Position numbers and translations under genes: made by a program
In this document: piece by piece, positions 13,300 through 26,952 of the stretch
Layout: each line of letters starts with the position of its first letter
Numbering within the stretch: position 1 is the stretch's first letter
Notes under the pieces: generated by a model
What the model was told of the DNA's origin: nothing
Database searches by the model: none
The model's input: only the letters and a program-made list of their open reading frames with translations
DNA from: Eledone cirrhosa
Taxonomy: Eukaryota
Direction: 5' to 3'
Assembly: GCA_964016885.1 (NCBI GenBank)
Contig: OZ024743.1
Location: 87,234,001 to 87,298,000 of the forward strand
Length of the DNA: 64,000 nucleotides

Positions 13300-14895
13300 T
13301 TTATCATTATCGTTTAATGTCCATTTTCCATGCTAGCATGGGTAGGATGGGCTGTCCCTTTGTGAGAGATAAGGTCGGAGGACCGTGTTTCCCTGATACA
13401 GAACTGATTTTGGCATGGTTTCTATGGCCAGATGCCCTCCCTAATGCCAACCACATTTACAGTGTATTGGGTGCTTTTTATCATGACACCTACACAACCA
13501 TTTTACAGTGTGGACTGCGTTTTTTCGGGTCGCTAACATGACCACTTTATAGTGTATACTGGGCGCTTTTTGTTGTGACTCCTACATAACCATTGTGCAG
13601 TGTGCACAGGGGACTTTTGTCATGACACCTACATGACCATTTTACAGTGTGCACAGGGGACCTTTGTCATGACACCTACATGACCACTTTCTGTGGCTCC
13701 AGGGGTAAACACTTGGGTAGGGTGGGGATGATGCTTGGAGAAATTGGAGACATAGGTATAGAGGTGGGATGATTACAGCAAGGGAGGGGAGAGGGTAGGG
13801 GAGGGTGTTGCCTACTAGATATATGCCTCAGCTTGAGCATATGGGAAAGCAGGTCTTCTGTAATACTTCATAGCACCAGAGATCACAGTCTTCTGTCATC
13901 GCCCGCCTTAGTGATGTGTTATTGTGCAAAGTCAGCTTTTATTACCTCATCCCAAATCTTCTTAGGCATGCCCCATCCATGGATACCGTCAACTTTGAGC
14001 ACACTGCACCTTTTTATACACTGTCATCCTTCTTATGCATCACATGTCCATACCAATGCAGTCTCCTCTCCTGCACACAACATCTGATCCCTCTTATAGC
14101 TAATTTCTCATGCAGTTCAATTATCCTTTACCATTCACGTATATTGCTATTGCACATCCATCGAAGCATGGAGGCTTCATTTCTTTCTTATCTTCGCAGG
14201 TCCTCAGCACAGAGTGCCCAGGTCTTGCTGCTGTGCAACATTGTTGTTCATATACATGCATCATACAGTTTGCATTTCATTTTGAGGGGAAAACCTTTTA
14301 TAGTTATCAGCAGTAGTAGATACCTGAACTTTCTCCAACCCGATCTCACTCTGGTTACTGTGCTTTCAGAACACCCTCCCCCATTGCTGATTTGGTCTCC
14401 CAGGTAACAGTAACTATCTACCACTTCTACTGAGCCCTCAGGGCATTTGAAGGTGATTGTATCCTGAGAGCTCTTGCTACTTACCACCCCTGTGCACCAA
14501 CCATATGTAAAACCTACATTCTTTGTTAGCCTGCCTGAGATCCCACTACATCTCTTGTGTACCCATAGTGTGCACTTGAGACAAAGGATGGAATTTCTAC
14601 TTACTCTTTTCCTGCATACTGAGGAGATCTGGGCCCTATTTTCCTTTCTACTTACTAGAACTTTAGACTTTGCCAAGTTGACTTTAAGACCTTTAGCTTC
14701 TAGGCTGTGCTTCCAGGTTTGGAATTTCATCTCCAATTCAGCTATAGATTCGGCTATAAGGGTTAGGTCATCGGCATACAGAAGTTCCCATGGGCAGCCA
14801 GTCTTAAACTCCTCCGTTATTCCTTGTAGGATGATGATAATAAACATGAGAGGGCTAAGAACTGAGCCTTGATGGACACCAATCTGCATGCTAAA
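13300..14895 (-). mobile_element. decayed RTE LINE 3' third
   Basis: ORF 14248..14946 with GVHQGSVLSPL and LLYADD; tail with tandem subrepeats. Confidence 0.9.
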
Positions 14896-16404
14896 ATGGT
14901 ATATATATAGACACACACACACATATATATACTTTGAGAGGGTCATGCTGCCAATAAAAACACACGCACCTGTTGGTTTTCACTTCAATTTACTATAAAT
15001 TTCTGGTTGGTTAGTTTAATAACTGGATCGTTGTTTATATATTGTCAAAGCTCTTTCATCACACATTCTGTGACCTCCTCAACATACAAAAAGTCAGGCC
15101 CAACTGAACTCAAAAGCTCATCAGACCGTTTAGCATAATGATGGAATCACTTGTACACTTTACTTCGTTGAGACGTCATATGCAGGAGTTCAGATTACTG
15201 TCTAGCATAGATAATTTTCCTCTGGGGTTAGGATATGATTATGAGAAAAGCAGCCTTCAGCTTTGAAGATAGATGGTAGATCTTTGAGACTTATTTTAGG
15301 AAAAAAATAGCATCTTCAATGCCAGGAAATATGGTATATACTGCAAAGTATTTATTGTCAATCCACCAATTTCTAATTTTGGCACAAGGCCAGCAATTTT
15401 GAGAGAAAGAGGAAGTTGATTACATCAAACCAATACTTGACTGGTACATTATTTTATTGACCTCAGAACATAGCTGGAATAAAAATTGTTACATATTTAC
15501 CCGACACCCTATTCACTGTCAACCCACTGTCATTTACATTCTGAGTTCAGTTCAAACTCCACAGAGGTCAACATTGCCTTTCACACTTCCTGGGTCAATA
15601 ATACAAAGTAAAATCGGATCCCAAATAGTTAGGGTAGGGAGGTGGGGGTAGTCATTTTTCTGTTGTCTCCCTTGATTTTTTTTAGAAACCAGAATTAGTC
15701 ATTTAGTTTACATATTGAGACCCCAACCCATCCTATTTATTTTATAACATATGGGATTTCTAGTAATGTACTTTTTTTGTCATGTTTAATGTTTTTTAAA
15801 TGTATAATGAAAATTAATTATCGCAGGAACCACTTAAAATAAAATTTCTCGGGAGATAGATTAACAAAATTTAATACGCAGATGGGGGTGGGGAGATCTA
15901 GAAAATTAATAAATGGTGGGGGAGGGATGATTATTCAAGACCCAGAGTACCTGTCCATTACTGGGGTTCATTTCATCGATTTTATTCTTTTTTCCCCTCC
16001 GCAAAACATACCAAAGACACAAATTTGTCCTCGGTAATGCTGTAACAACATGGAGAGAAAGGAAAAGTTAAATCAACCCCAGTGCATTACTGGTACTTTA
16101 TTTTATCAAACGCTGTAAGAATAAAAGGCAAAGCTAACATTGTAAATAATAATACAAACAATAATGATTTCATTATTTTATTTTTTTAAAATTGTATAGT
16201 TATTTATTATTTATATATTGATTGTTTAAATAATAATAATAAAGACTAATAATAATGTAGTTTTTTTGTTAGATAATTTGCATTGTCTTTTATTTATTCA
16301 GTAATATGATGATGATGATGATTAACATTAGTTTTATTATCAATAATAACTATGAAAACTTGGGATAAAAATGTTGATTTTCAACAATAAAAACAAAACA
16401 AATT

Positions 16405-16418
16405 CTATATATATACAT

Positions 16419-16453
<35 letters not shown>

Positions 16454-16558
16454 CTTACATATATATATATACATACATACTTACATATATATATATACAC
16501 ATACATATATATATATACATACATACATATATATATATACATACATACATATATATAT

Positions 16559-16603
<45 letters not shown>

Positions 16604-17069
16604 TATACATACATATATATATACATACATATACATCCATATATATATATACATATATATACATATATATATATACATATACATACATATATATATATAC
16701 ATATATATACATACATATATATATATACATACATATATAAATATACATATATATACATATATATATATACATACATATACATCCATATATATATATACAT
16801 ATACATACATATATATATATACATATACATACATATATATATATACATATACATACATATATATATATACATATACATACACATATATATATACATATAC
16901 ATACACATATATATGTACATATACATACATATATATATATACATATACATACATATATACATATACATACATATATATATATACATACATATATATATAT
17001 ACATACATATATATATATACATACATATATATATATACATACATATACATACATACATATACATACATA

Positions 17070-17104
<35 letters not shown>

Positions 17105-17527
17105 TTATATATACATATATATACACACATATATATATATATACATATATATACACATATATATATATACATACACATATATATATATACATATATATAT
17201 ATACATATATATACACATATATATATACATATATATACACATATATATATACATATATATATATATATACATAGATATATATACACATATACACACATAT
17301 ATATACATATATACACACATATATATACATATATACACACATATACATATATACACACATATACACACATATATATACATATATATACACACATATATAC
17401 ATACATATATATACATATATATACACACATATATACACATATATACATACATATATATACACAACATATATACATATATATATATACACATATATATATA
17501 TATATATACACACATATATATATATAT

Positions 17528-17570
<43 letters not shown>

Positions 17571-17672
17571 TATATGTGTGTATATATATATATATATATG
17601 TGTGTATATATATGTATATATATATGTATGTATATATGTTGTGTATATATATGTATGTATATATATATATAT

Positions 17673-17717
<45 letters not shown>

Positions 17718-17722
17718 TATAC

Positions 17723-17757
<35 letters not shown>

Positions 17758-18030
17758 CACATATATATACATATATATATACATATATATATATATATAC
17801 ATATATATACACATATATATACATATATATATACACATATATATATATACACATATATATATACACATATATATATATACATATATATATACACATATAT
17901 ATATACACATATATATATATACATATATATATACATATATATATACACATATATATATACACATATAATATATATATATATATATATATACATATATACA
18001 TATATATATACACATATATATATACACATA

Positions 18031-18063
<33 letters not shown>

Positions 18064-18074
18064 TATATATACAC

Positions 18075-18167
<93 letters not shown>

Positions 18168-18234
18168 TATATATATATATACACATATATATATATACAC
18201 ACACACACACATATATATATATACACATATATAG

Positions 18235-18283
<49 letters not shown>

Positions 18284-18286
18284 TAG

Positions 18287-18329
<43 letters not shown>

Positions 18330-18358
18330 TAGATATATACATATATATATATATACAC

Positions 18359-18405
<47 letters not shown>

Positions 18406-18480
18406 TATATATATACACACACATATATATATATATATACACATATATATATATATATACATATATATACATATATATAT
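16405..18480. repeat. ~2.1 kb compound (TA)n/(TACA)n microsatellite
   Basis: direct inspection. Confidence 0.97.
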
Positions 18481-18574
18481 TTTGAGTTTATGTTGGTTGT
18501 ATACCAACACCTCAGTATGCAGGCTGGTGCACTCGACGAAGTGCGCAGGTTGGTTTGGTTACTCCGGAGTAGTG

Positions 18575-18848
18575 TAAAATAAAGTTAAATAAAAGTCAAA
18601 TTATTAAAATTTAGCTTCGTTTATTACTGCTATATGACTCCAGTTCCTCAGTGAAATAACAACCCAACAAGGAACTGGGCATATCAGAGTATTGACAATA
18701 TTATACACCTCAACAACATATGTACTTGTCTATACCATACTAATTCAAACTGCCTGAAGAGGTCACAGCCAAAGATGGCTGTCACTGAAATATATATAGC
18801 AGTAATAAACGAAGCTAAATTTTAATCATTTGACTTTTTATTTAACTT

Positions 18849-18855
<7 letters not shown>
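18575..18855 (+). mobile_element. ORF-less fold-back Penelope-like pLTR element
   Basis: inverted arms ~18575-18635 and ~18794-18855; hammerhead motif inside; (TA)n immediately right and ~95 nt to the left. Confidence 0.7.
18749..18803 (+). ncRNA. type I hammerhead ribozyme (minimal, Penelope-type)
   Basis: actgc-CTGAAGA-ggtcacagcc/aaagat/ggctgtcact-GAAA-tatatATA-gcagt: stem I actgc/gcagt, stem II hairpin, AUA triplet. Confidence 0.75.
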
Positions 18856-18895
<40 letters not shown>

Positions 18896-19009
18896 ACACA
18901 TATATTATATATATATATAAACACATGCAAATGGATTTCTGGGAGAGTATGTAAGATAAACGTCTATTAAAATAGTGTATGTGTCAATGTGTGCATATGC
19001 GCATAGTTA

Positions 19010-19097
19010 GTGTGTGTGTGTGTCTGTGTGTGAGTGAATGTATATGCGAGTCTCTCTCTCTCTATATATATATATATACACATATATATATATATAT

Positions 19098-19148
<51 letters not shown>

Positions 19149-19241
19149 TATATACACATATATATATATACACATATATATATATACACATATACATATA
19201 TATACATACATATATATACATATATACATATATATACATAT

Positions 19242-19276
<35 letters not shown>

Positions 19277-19285
19277 CATATATAT

Positions 19286-19320
<35 letters not shown>

Positions 19321-19329
19321 CATATATAT

Positions 19330-19374
<45 letters not shown>

Positions 19375-19377
19375 TAT

Positions 19378-19412
<35 letters not shown>

Positions 19413-19495
19413 CATATATATACACACACACACATATATATATCATCACATATATATATATATACACACACACATATATATACACACACATATAT

Positions 19496-19540
<45 letters not shown>

Positions 19541-19552
19541 TATATATACACA
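19010..19552. repeat. (TA)n/(CA)n compound microsatellite
   Basis: direct inspection. Confidence 0.95.
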
Positions 19553-19899
19553 TGTGTTTATATGGCAGTCTTTTGTCTTGTAAAGCTCAATGTGTTGTTT
19601 TCGTTGGTGGATCTTAATACAAATATGTTTCCTTTGGCTAACATTTGAAGTGGACAATGTTGTGGACACTGTCCACTTCAAATGTTGACTAATGACCAGA
19701 TTTAATCTCAGGATAAAGTATAACAAAGTTAAATAATGTTGGGTGGGGTGGATCTGGGTGTCTTGTTCTTCATTTTTTTTAAGAGCAACAATCAGCTTTT
19801 GACCAGTGGCCAAATGGATTTGGACACTGAGAAATGGCCTGTTAGCAATGGACATTGACTAGTTTAATCTTAAGTATGATTGATGCTCAGTGGATACCA

Positions 19900-20400
19900 G
19901 TAATCATTAGTCATTGACCAGTCAAACCAGCAGTTTGTGACCATTAGTTACAAACAGCTACCATTAATACCGATAGCTACTGGTCAAAAGACTGATGCCC
20001 CCCGTTGGTGACCAGTATGTGGTTCATATTTTCAGTGGTCACCAGATGGTACCACCAATGGTTAGTAGATGGTGCTACAAATAACAAGTCGATGGAATCT
20101 TTAGTGGTCAGTATTACAAGTGACCAAAAGATGATACTCCCAGTAACCAGTAGTGTGATCAATGACTAGTTAATGGGGTACTACCAGTGGTCACTGACAA
20201 AAAGATGGTACTATCAGCGAGCAGTTGATCACCAGTCACCAGAAGATAGTACCACCAGTAGTCACTGACCAATAGATGATACCACCAGTGACCAGTTGAT
20301 GGTACCATCAGTGACCAATAAATGATACCACCAGTGACCAGTCGATGGTGCTACCAGTGACTAGAAGATGGTGCCACCAATGACCAGTCACTGACCAACA
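19900..20400. repeat. degenerate ~21-27 bp tandem repeat (accaccagtgaccagttgatggt) immediately 3' of the NIPA2 stop
   Basis: repeated accagt/gatggt units. Confidence 0.7.
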
Positions 20401-20437
20401 GACATAATAAAAAGTATCAGTGAAATAATTCGGTCAA

Positions 20438-21054
20438 CTAATAGTTGTAATTTATGTCCGTGGAGTGAGATAACATCAAATTCTGGCAATCATCGTGGTT
20501 GATGGAAATCAGTTTATTATCATTGTTCAGATGACCAATGGCTGGAGTGTAATCTACTTTTTTGGAGCTTGGCAAATTGCTGAGGCTGATGTTCATGTCT
20601 TTGAAGGCGTTAAGCAGGAAGATACCAGCGATGATCGTGAAGAAGCCACACATGTTACCAACAATGTCCAGCAGAGCCATGTTGGTCCACTCCTTGAAGA
20701 GAATAAGTGAGGCAACCATTACTGAAGATGTGAAGAGGACATAGTAGATGGGAGTGACCACAGCCGTGTTGAACGTGTCCAGGGATCTGTTGAGGTAGTT
20801 CAACTGAAGCACGATGCAGGTGGCAACCATTATTACCAGTAACCATGGCAACCAGTTCAGCAAGAGGTACAGCTCTCCAGACAGAGTCTGCTTGATCGCT
20901 ACGCCCAGCCCTTTGCAGCCCATCACAGTGAAAGCACCGAGCAGCGAGCAGATTCCGACGTAGAGGAAGACATTGTTGTTACCATACTGAGGTACATAGT
21001 AGATGATGAGGATGGCTGTGATAAACGCTACCAGGGTGATGTAGATGACAAACA
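20438..21054 (-). CDS. NIPA2: NIPA2-like magnesium transporter, coding exon 5 (last)
   Basis: acceptor ttgcag|; VFVIY...YVGICSLLGAFTVMGCKGLG...QLNYLNRSLDTFNTAVVTPIYYV...FKEW; TAG at 20438-20440. Confidence 0.95.
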
Positions 21055-21143
21055 CTGCAAGGAGACAAAGTGAAAAGAAGGAGTAGATAGACAATGTACA
21101 ATTAGTTTTAGTGGTGTATGTGTGTGTGTAAATATATATATAT

Positions 21144-21476
21144 GGAGGCACATGGCTTAGTGGTTAGAGCATTGGCCTTGCAATCGAAAGGTTGTGAGTT
21201 CAATTCTCAGACCGGGTGATGTGTTGTGTCCTTGAGCAAGACACTTTATTTCACATTGCTCCAGTTTACTCAGCTGTAGAAATGAGATGATAGGGACTGG
21301 GGTCCCTATCATTCCACTGCAAAGTGGTCGTGGAGGTGCCACGGCAAAAAAGCACCCAGCACTCACTGTAAATGAGGTTGGTGTTAGGAAGGGCATCCAG
21401 CTAGAATCAGTTCCCGTCCCACCCATGCAAGCAGGGAAAAGCGGACGTAAAATGAAATGATGATGATGAATGATGA
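21144..21476 (+). mobile_element. tRNA-derived CORE-SINE with RTE-derived tail; other copies at 26984-27060 (partial), 27100-27410 (diverged), 29531-29874(-), 52113-52447(-), 55263-55730(-)
   Basis: tRNA-like head tggcttagtggttagagc...gagttcaattc; CORE-like gtgtccttgagcaagacactt...cagtttactcagctgtagaaatg; 3' end shared with the RTE LINEs. Confidence 0.85.
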
Positions 21477-21712
21477 TATATATATATATATAACGAAGGA
21501 AGTGTGATAAGGAACCAGATGGACCATAACGTACCAGAGTACTCAATACTTAGGGTAGTAGAGTGGGTAATAGGAAAATGTTAAACCCCGATGGCAGAGC
21601 TCAAGCCGTTTCGACGGCTATATATGTATACTGTATTTTGAACTGTTTTATATTTACCACCTACCTCTTTCCAGTTTTATATTGTTTTGTAACAAGTCAT
21701 TTGTTTCATATA

Positions 21713-21894
21713 CAGTGAAATTACATTATAAAGAAATTCAAGGGGTATAAAAAAAAATTCGCTGTAACTAAAAATTCTTTATAACGAGATTGACTTAACA
21801 CAAACACATTGAGCATGTGGCTGGGGATTAAAAAAAATGTTGTTATACTGAAAAATTTGTCATAATGGTATTTGTTATAACGGAATTTTACCTG
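21713..21894. mobile_element. Tc1/pogo-type MITE
   Basis: TA|cagtgaaattacattataa ... ttataacggaattttacctg|TA imperfect TIRs. Confidence 0.6.
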
Positions 21895-22013
21895 TATATA
21901 TATATGTATATATATATATAGATAGATACACACACATATATACACACACACATATATATACATATATATACATACATATATATACACATACATATATATA
22001 CATATATATATAC

Positions 22014-24095
22014 ATATTCATTAGTTAAGCAAAACAAGACCACAAATTTTACAAGGAAGACATTATTAAAAGATTGTCAACATATTTTAGTTTGATGTGA
22101 GGAATGTAGAGAATAATAATAATAATAATATTAATAATAATTGTTTCTACTTTAGGCACAAGGCCAGCAATTACCCAGTGCATTACTGGTACTTTATTTT
22201 ATCGACCCCGTAAGGATGAAAGGCAAAGTCAACCTGGGCGGGATTTGAACTCAGACCGTAAAGGGACGTAACTATGCTGGAAAGCAGGGCGTCCGACCCT
22301 CTACCGATACTGCCAATCCAATGTCCGTTTACAATTGTTTCGCTACTCCATATAATATTTCTGGATCTGGTTATGAACAATCCATTTACTACATACCTAA
22401 ATGCCATAACACAGCAATTCACCATAATAAACTTAACACTAGAACTAGAAATACCTTAGCATATAGCCAGATTCGCCGGAATTTTAGCAGTAACAGCACC
22501 TATACAGGGAACTTTAATGGTGGCAGCGGCCTGCTCCCCACTCCAAGTAGCAAACTAAAAATCAACCCTAGAATAGGAATGAGAAATGGGATGACAAATA
22601 ACAAATCCCCAGGTAATAATAACCCTAGGAAGGCTCCTACCAACTCCACTAGAACCCCTAGAAGGAATAGGCCTAGAAATATCACTTGGCTTAACCCCCC
22701 CATTCTCATTTAATCTAGCCACTAATATCCCTAAACGCTTCTTCTCTATCCTATCTAAACATTTCCCACCCAACCATAGATATTACAAACTCTTTAATAA
22801 AAATAACATTAAAATCTCATTCTCCACAACACCTAACCTAGCTAGCCACATCGCATTCAGTAACTATCATAAACTAAGACAGTATAACTCCCACACCGCG
22901 GTACCACCACCCCTATCAAATACACCACGCCACTACACCAATAATTACTCTGGTAGCACACCTCCCCCATCTAATCCTTCTAGCACTGACCAACCGCTTA
23001 GGTTAAACTACCCTACTCTCACTAACCACAGAAGCAACTGCAACTGCCGTTACCCTAATGCATGCCCATTAAATGGACACTGCCTGACACCCAACATAGT
23101 CTATAGGTGCACGGTTAAAACTGCTTCGAATACCAGCTCTTATATCGGGTCTACCTCTAACCCTTTTAAGGTACGCTATAACGCGCACTCTTTTTCCTTC
23201 CGAGACCCTAGCAACAGATGTTCGACATCTCTAGCTAGGCTCATTAAAAACCTTAAATTAAGCAACATTGAACACTCACTAAAATGGGATATTGTAGCTA
23301 GGGCCCAACCGTTCAATGGACGAAGAAAATCTTGTGATCTCTGTATTACCGAAGCATATTACATAACTCTATCACGACCTCTACCGATTAACGATAGAAC
23401 GGAGGTAACCATTAGCTGTCAACATCGAAGGGCTAATTCCTTCGGCAATAGAATATTTGACCCAACATAGTCATCTAGCCCCATTTTTACTTGTAGCTAA
23501 TAAGTTAAATAGCTATAACTAACTTAGATAATTATAAGTTACCTCCCCAACATCGCCTCTCAATTAAAAAATTTAAAAATTAGCACTTAACTATAAACTG
23601 CCCACAATTTCTAATCTCTCGAGGAGTTACTTCCCCTGAAACCACCCTTTAATTAGTAAGGTAAATATGTCCTTTGGCGGCCATCTTGTTACCCATAGGC
23701 AGATCTCATCTCACACAATGCAGCCTCGACAGATGAATACTGCTTGATTATGGCTGACAATTGATACAACCAGGACACCATAGTGAAATACCAATATATG
23801 GAACATTACATTATGTAACATTCTCTCCTTATTTTAATTTATATTCCTTTGAAGTTCCGATGAGCCGCTCTGTTTTTAAATATGTTAATTATTTTCAACT
23901 GAACCAGATCAATAATGATATATAGTCATCTGATCCAGAAATATTATATGGAGTAGCGAAACAATTGTAAACGGACATTATTATTATTATTATTATTCTA
24001 TACATTCCTTACATCAAACTAAAATATGTTGACAATCTTTTAATAATGTCTTCCTTGTGAAATTTGTGGTCTTGTTTTGCTTAACTAATGAATAT
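22014..24095 (+). mobile_element. 5'-truncated Penelope-like element (GIY-YIG end) with inverted pLTR; SINE inserted in the left arm
   Basis: coding remnant 22369-23470 reads GYEQSIYY...NITWLNPP/FSFN...CNCRYPNACPLNGHCL...IVYRC...YIGST...CDLC...CQH; arms 22014-22367 and 23932-24095 are reverse complements. Confidence 0.9.
23854..23972 (+). ncRNA. hammerhead-like motif (U4C variant) with long stem II insert
   Basis: gtt-CCGATGA-gccgctc...gagtagc-GAAA-caattGTA-aac. Confidence 0.55.
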
Positions 24096-24381
24096 TTCCA
24101 GCTCTGCGCGCCTAACTTCTGCATGAACCCAACCACCTAGCTGCTTTCTACTGCATATTGCACATTGAGCACATGCCTTTACGCTTTGGCTTCTAACTAA
24201 TTCACCAATCTTTCCTCTCCTATCTCCATCTCTCTCTTTAAGATTGGTTACTCTTGAACTGTGTATACATATATATATACATATATATGTGTATGTAAAA
24301 GGTAAACAGAAATAACAACACAATCGGTACAGTATATGGAAGGGATATATTAGGTTAACGGTTGGTGTAGCAGGAAGAGGG

Positions 24382-24417
24382 TCTTAACGTTTCGGATGCT
24401 AGTCTTTCATCAGAAAA
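24382..24417 (-). ncRNA. minimal hammerhead ribozyme in a solo pLTR fragment (24290-24470)
   Basis: minus strand tttt-CTGATGA-aagactagcatcc-GAAAC-GTT-aaga; weak stems. Confidence 0.5.
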
Positions 24418-24711
24418 AATAATGAGAAATAAGATAGATTGAGGAGACGGGCGGGTTGGAATATATATATATACACACATACACACACGTTTCTTTCTCA
24501 CTGGTGACTTTCTTTATTTTATTTACTAAAGAAAGAAGTACAAATATTTTTTCTGTGTTTTTAATTTTCTGTATTTTTACTTTATGCTATGCTAATATCT
24601 ACAAATGCATATTTTGAATACATTTTCAAATTTAGGTACACAGAACTTTAAAATATCTTTATTTATTCTAAAGCATGTCGTGAGTAAAATTAGTTAGGAA
24701 ACTACTGTTAT

Positions 24712-25091
24712 ATACTTTCGGATCACAAATAATAGTGGGGTGAATAGAAAATCGATAATTTTTCTAGGTTGTCTCCGTTGATTTTTTTTAAAAACCAGAA
24801 TTATTCGTCTGGCTTACATATCGAGACCTCAACCCATCCTATTTATTCTATAAAGTATGGGATTTCTTGTAATGTTCTTTTTTTGTCATGTATGAATTTT
24901 TAATGTATAAAGAAAATTAATTGTTACAGGAATGGTACCACTTAAAATAAAATGTCGCCGGAGATAGATTAGTAAAATTTAATAAGCAGGGTGGGTAGGG
25001 GTTGGATTAAGAGCGGAGGGGGGTGGGGTTGGAAAAGAATCGGAAAAATTAATGGGAGAGGGGGGGGGGCATTATTCGAGACCGGAGAGTG
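24712..25091. mobile_element. MITE-like dispersed repeat (second copy ~15610-15950)
   Basis: shared internal sequence (ttgtctcc...aaaccagaatt...gagacc..aacccatcctatttatt) and imperfect inverted ends. Confidence 0.55.
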
Positions 25092-25483
25092 TGTGTGTGT
25101 GCGTAGCAGAAATGTGAAAAGAATTATCGTTATAGGGGAGATAATTCTGTCATGTCAACTATGTTGTATAAACCAGTAACTCTTGCTGTAATCGTAGAGG
25201 CACCATAGTAACATACAGCATTTCTACAAGAAGGGGATAGAAAGGAAAAGAGAGATATAGGGGAAGAATCGACTCCAGTATTGGATTGGTACTTTATCTA
25301 TCGACCTCGAAGGGATAAAAGGCAACTTGTGCAATCATGGAAAAATAGACGTTAAACGGTGATGATGATGATTATGAGGGTGCAAAGTTTTTATTTAAAA
25401 GTAATGAGAATAAGGAGGAATCTATTAGGTTGAGTATGCTAGGGTTTCTTATATTTGACACGTTTGCTAATCTTGAGATTTAA

Positions 25484-25949
25484 CCCTTTTGTGACTGCAT
25501 TTCTAATGAAATACACATTATTCTAATTAACCAATGAAGAATTTTGAGGGATTTACTAATATTATTAATTATTTCAAGGGTGGTGGATTGGCAGTACCGT
25601 TAGAGCGTCAGACACCCAGCTTCCTAGCATAGAGTTACAGCCCTTTATGTTTTGAGTTCAAATCCTGACGAAGTTAGCTTTGCCTATCATCCTTATGGGG
25701 TCGATAAAATAAAGTACCAGTTATGCACTGGGATAGATTTAATCGCCTCTCAACACCCCCATAATTGTTGGCCTTGTACCTAAATCAGAAACCATTATTA
25801 ATTATTTCATTTCTAAGTTAGTAAACTTAATGTAAGGTTCTGATATAAAATTATGTTCAAAGATTTTAATTTAAATTGGAAACCTTTAAAATGGGTGGCT
25901 TTATTTCATAGAACCAGACCCAGTTTTGGCCGGGTTGGTAACTAAAGGG
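25484..25949. mobile_element. piggyBac-like MITE with nested SINE
   Basis: TTAA|ccctt...aaggg|TTAA ends; homologous to 60891-61703. Confidence 0.75.
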
Positions 25950-26384
25950 TTAATAAAGGATTTCAATATTTTAAAATGTAATTTATAATTTCCTGTCATT
26001 TAAAACTTTTGTATGGGTTGATGGGTTGTCATGTACTGACACTAGATAAGTCAGAGAACTCTCACATTTCTCATACATGCCAAGTTTTGCATGTTTTTTT
26101 ACAGCTGGATGTCCTTCCTAATACCAATCACTTTACAGAGCCTTCTGGGTGCATTGAATAGTAACAGAAACACAACAAAATTCAGCATCCCTGGGTGGAT
26201 GTAAACATATTTACTGAAAAAACTTACTGTAAGAGTGAAAGTGGTTATCAGCCCATACATACTTCTTCCCTATGCTGTTTTGGTGGTGTATATGTAAATC
26301 CTGGGGTCCTCAATAGAATATGTGTGCATGTATACAGTACTTAGTAGTGTTGTATTCTGTATGCTGTGTGTATATATATATGTA

Positions 26385-26952
26385 CTAGCAGTGGTACCCG
26401 GCGTTGCACGGGATAAGGTATTTTGGAACGTGGGCCGCCAACAGACCTAATCGTGGAAAAACTGCATGCCTGGACAATATGTAAAGAAAATAAACCAAAT
26501 ACTCTGGTGGCTGGATAATCTTTAAGATTTTCCTCAATGAAGCAGGAAAATGAATTTTTTTTATGTGCATAATATGCCTTGAAATTTCGGGAAAATCGGC
26601 TAGACATAACGCCTCAAAAAAGTCCTAAAAAGCTGCAAAATGAAGTTTTTCACCTATTGCGGGCCCTAGGCCATAAAAAAGTTGGATTTTCTTTGCTCAC
26701 GGTATGAAGAAGAGACTGAATAATACATAGTTACAATTTCAAGGAAATCAGTCTGACATAATGCCTCAAAAAACCCCTAAAAAGCTGAAAAAACACAGTT
26801 TTTCACCTAATGCGGGCCCTAACACTCCCTGAAACATAAATAATACACATGTAAAGTTTGAAAAATATCGGTTGGGTACCTCTCGAGTTTTAGGGATTCA
26901 AACTCAGACACACACACACACAGACAGACATCCTCAGTTTTATATATATAGA
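26385..26952 (-). mobile_element. non-autonomous Helitron
   Basis: minus strand A|TCTATATATATAAAAC...CCCGTGCAACGCCGGG hairpin...CTAG|T. Confidence 0.8.

Noticed and set aside
15040-15135. Hammerhead on the minus strand (CTGATGAgctttt...)
   Set aside because: No correctly placed GAAA or stem III; at most a decayed relic
16371-19855. Long ORFs (up to 701 aa) rich in Y/I/H/T/C/V
   Set aside because: Translations of (TA)n/(TACA)n microsatellites that lack stops by composition; the same applies to 43475-44025, 56777-57993 and 59733-60494
21144-21215. tRNA genes
   Set aside because: tRNA-like heads continue into SINE bodies and recur many times; no complete cloverleaf
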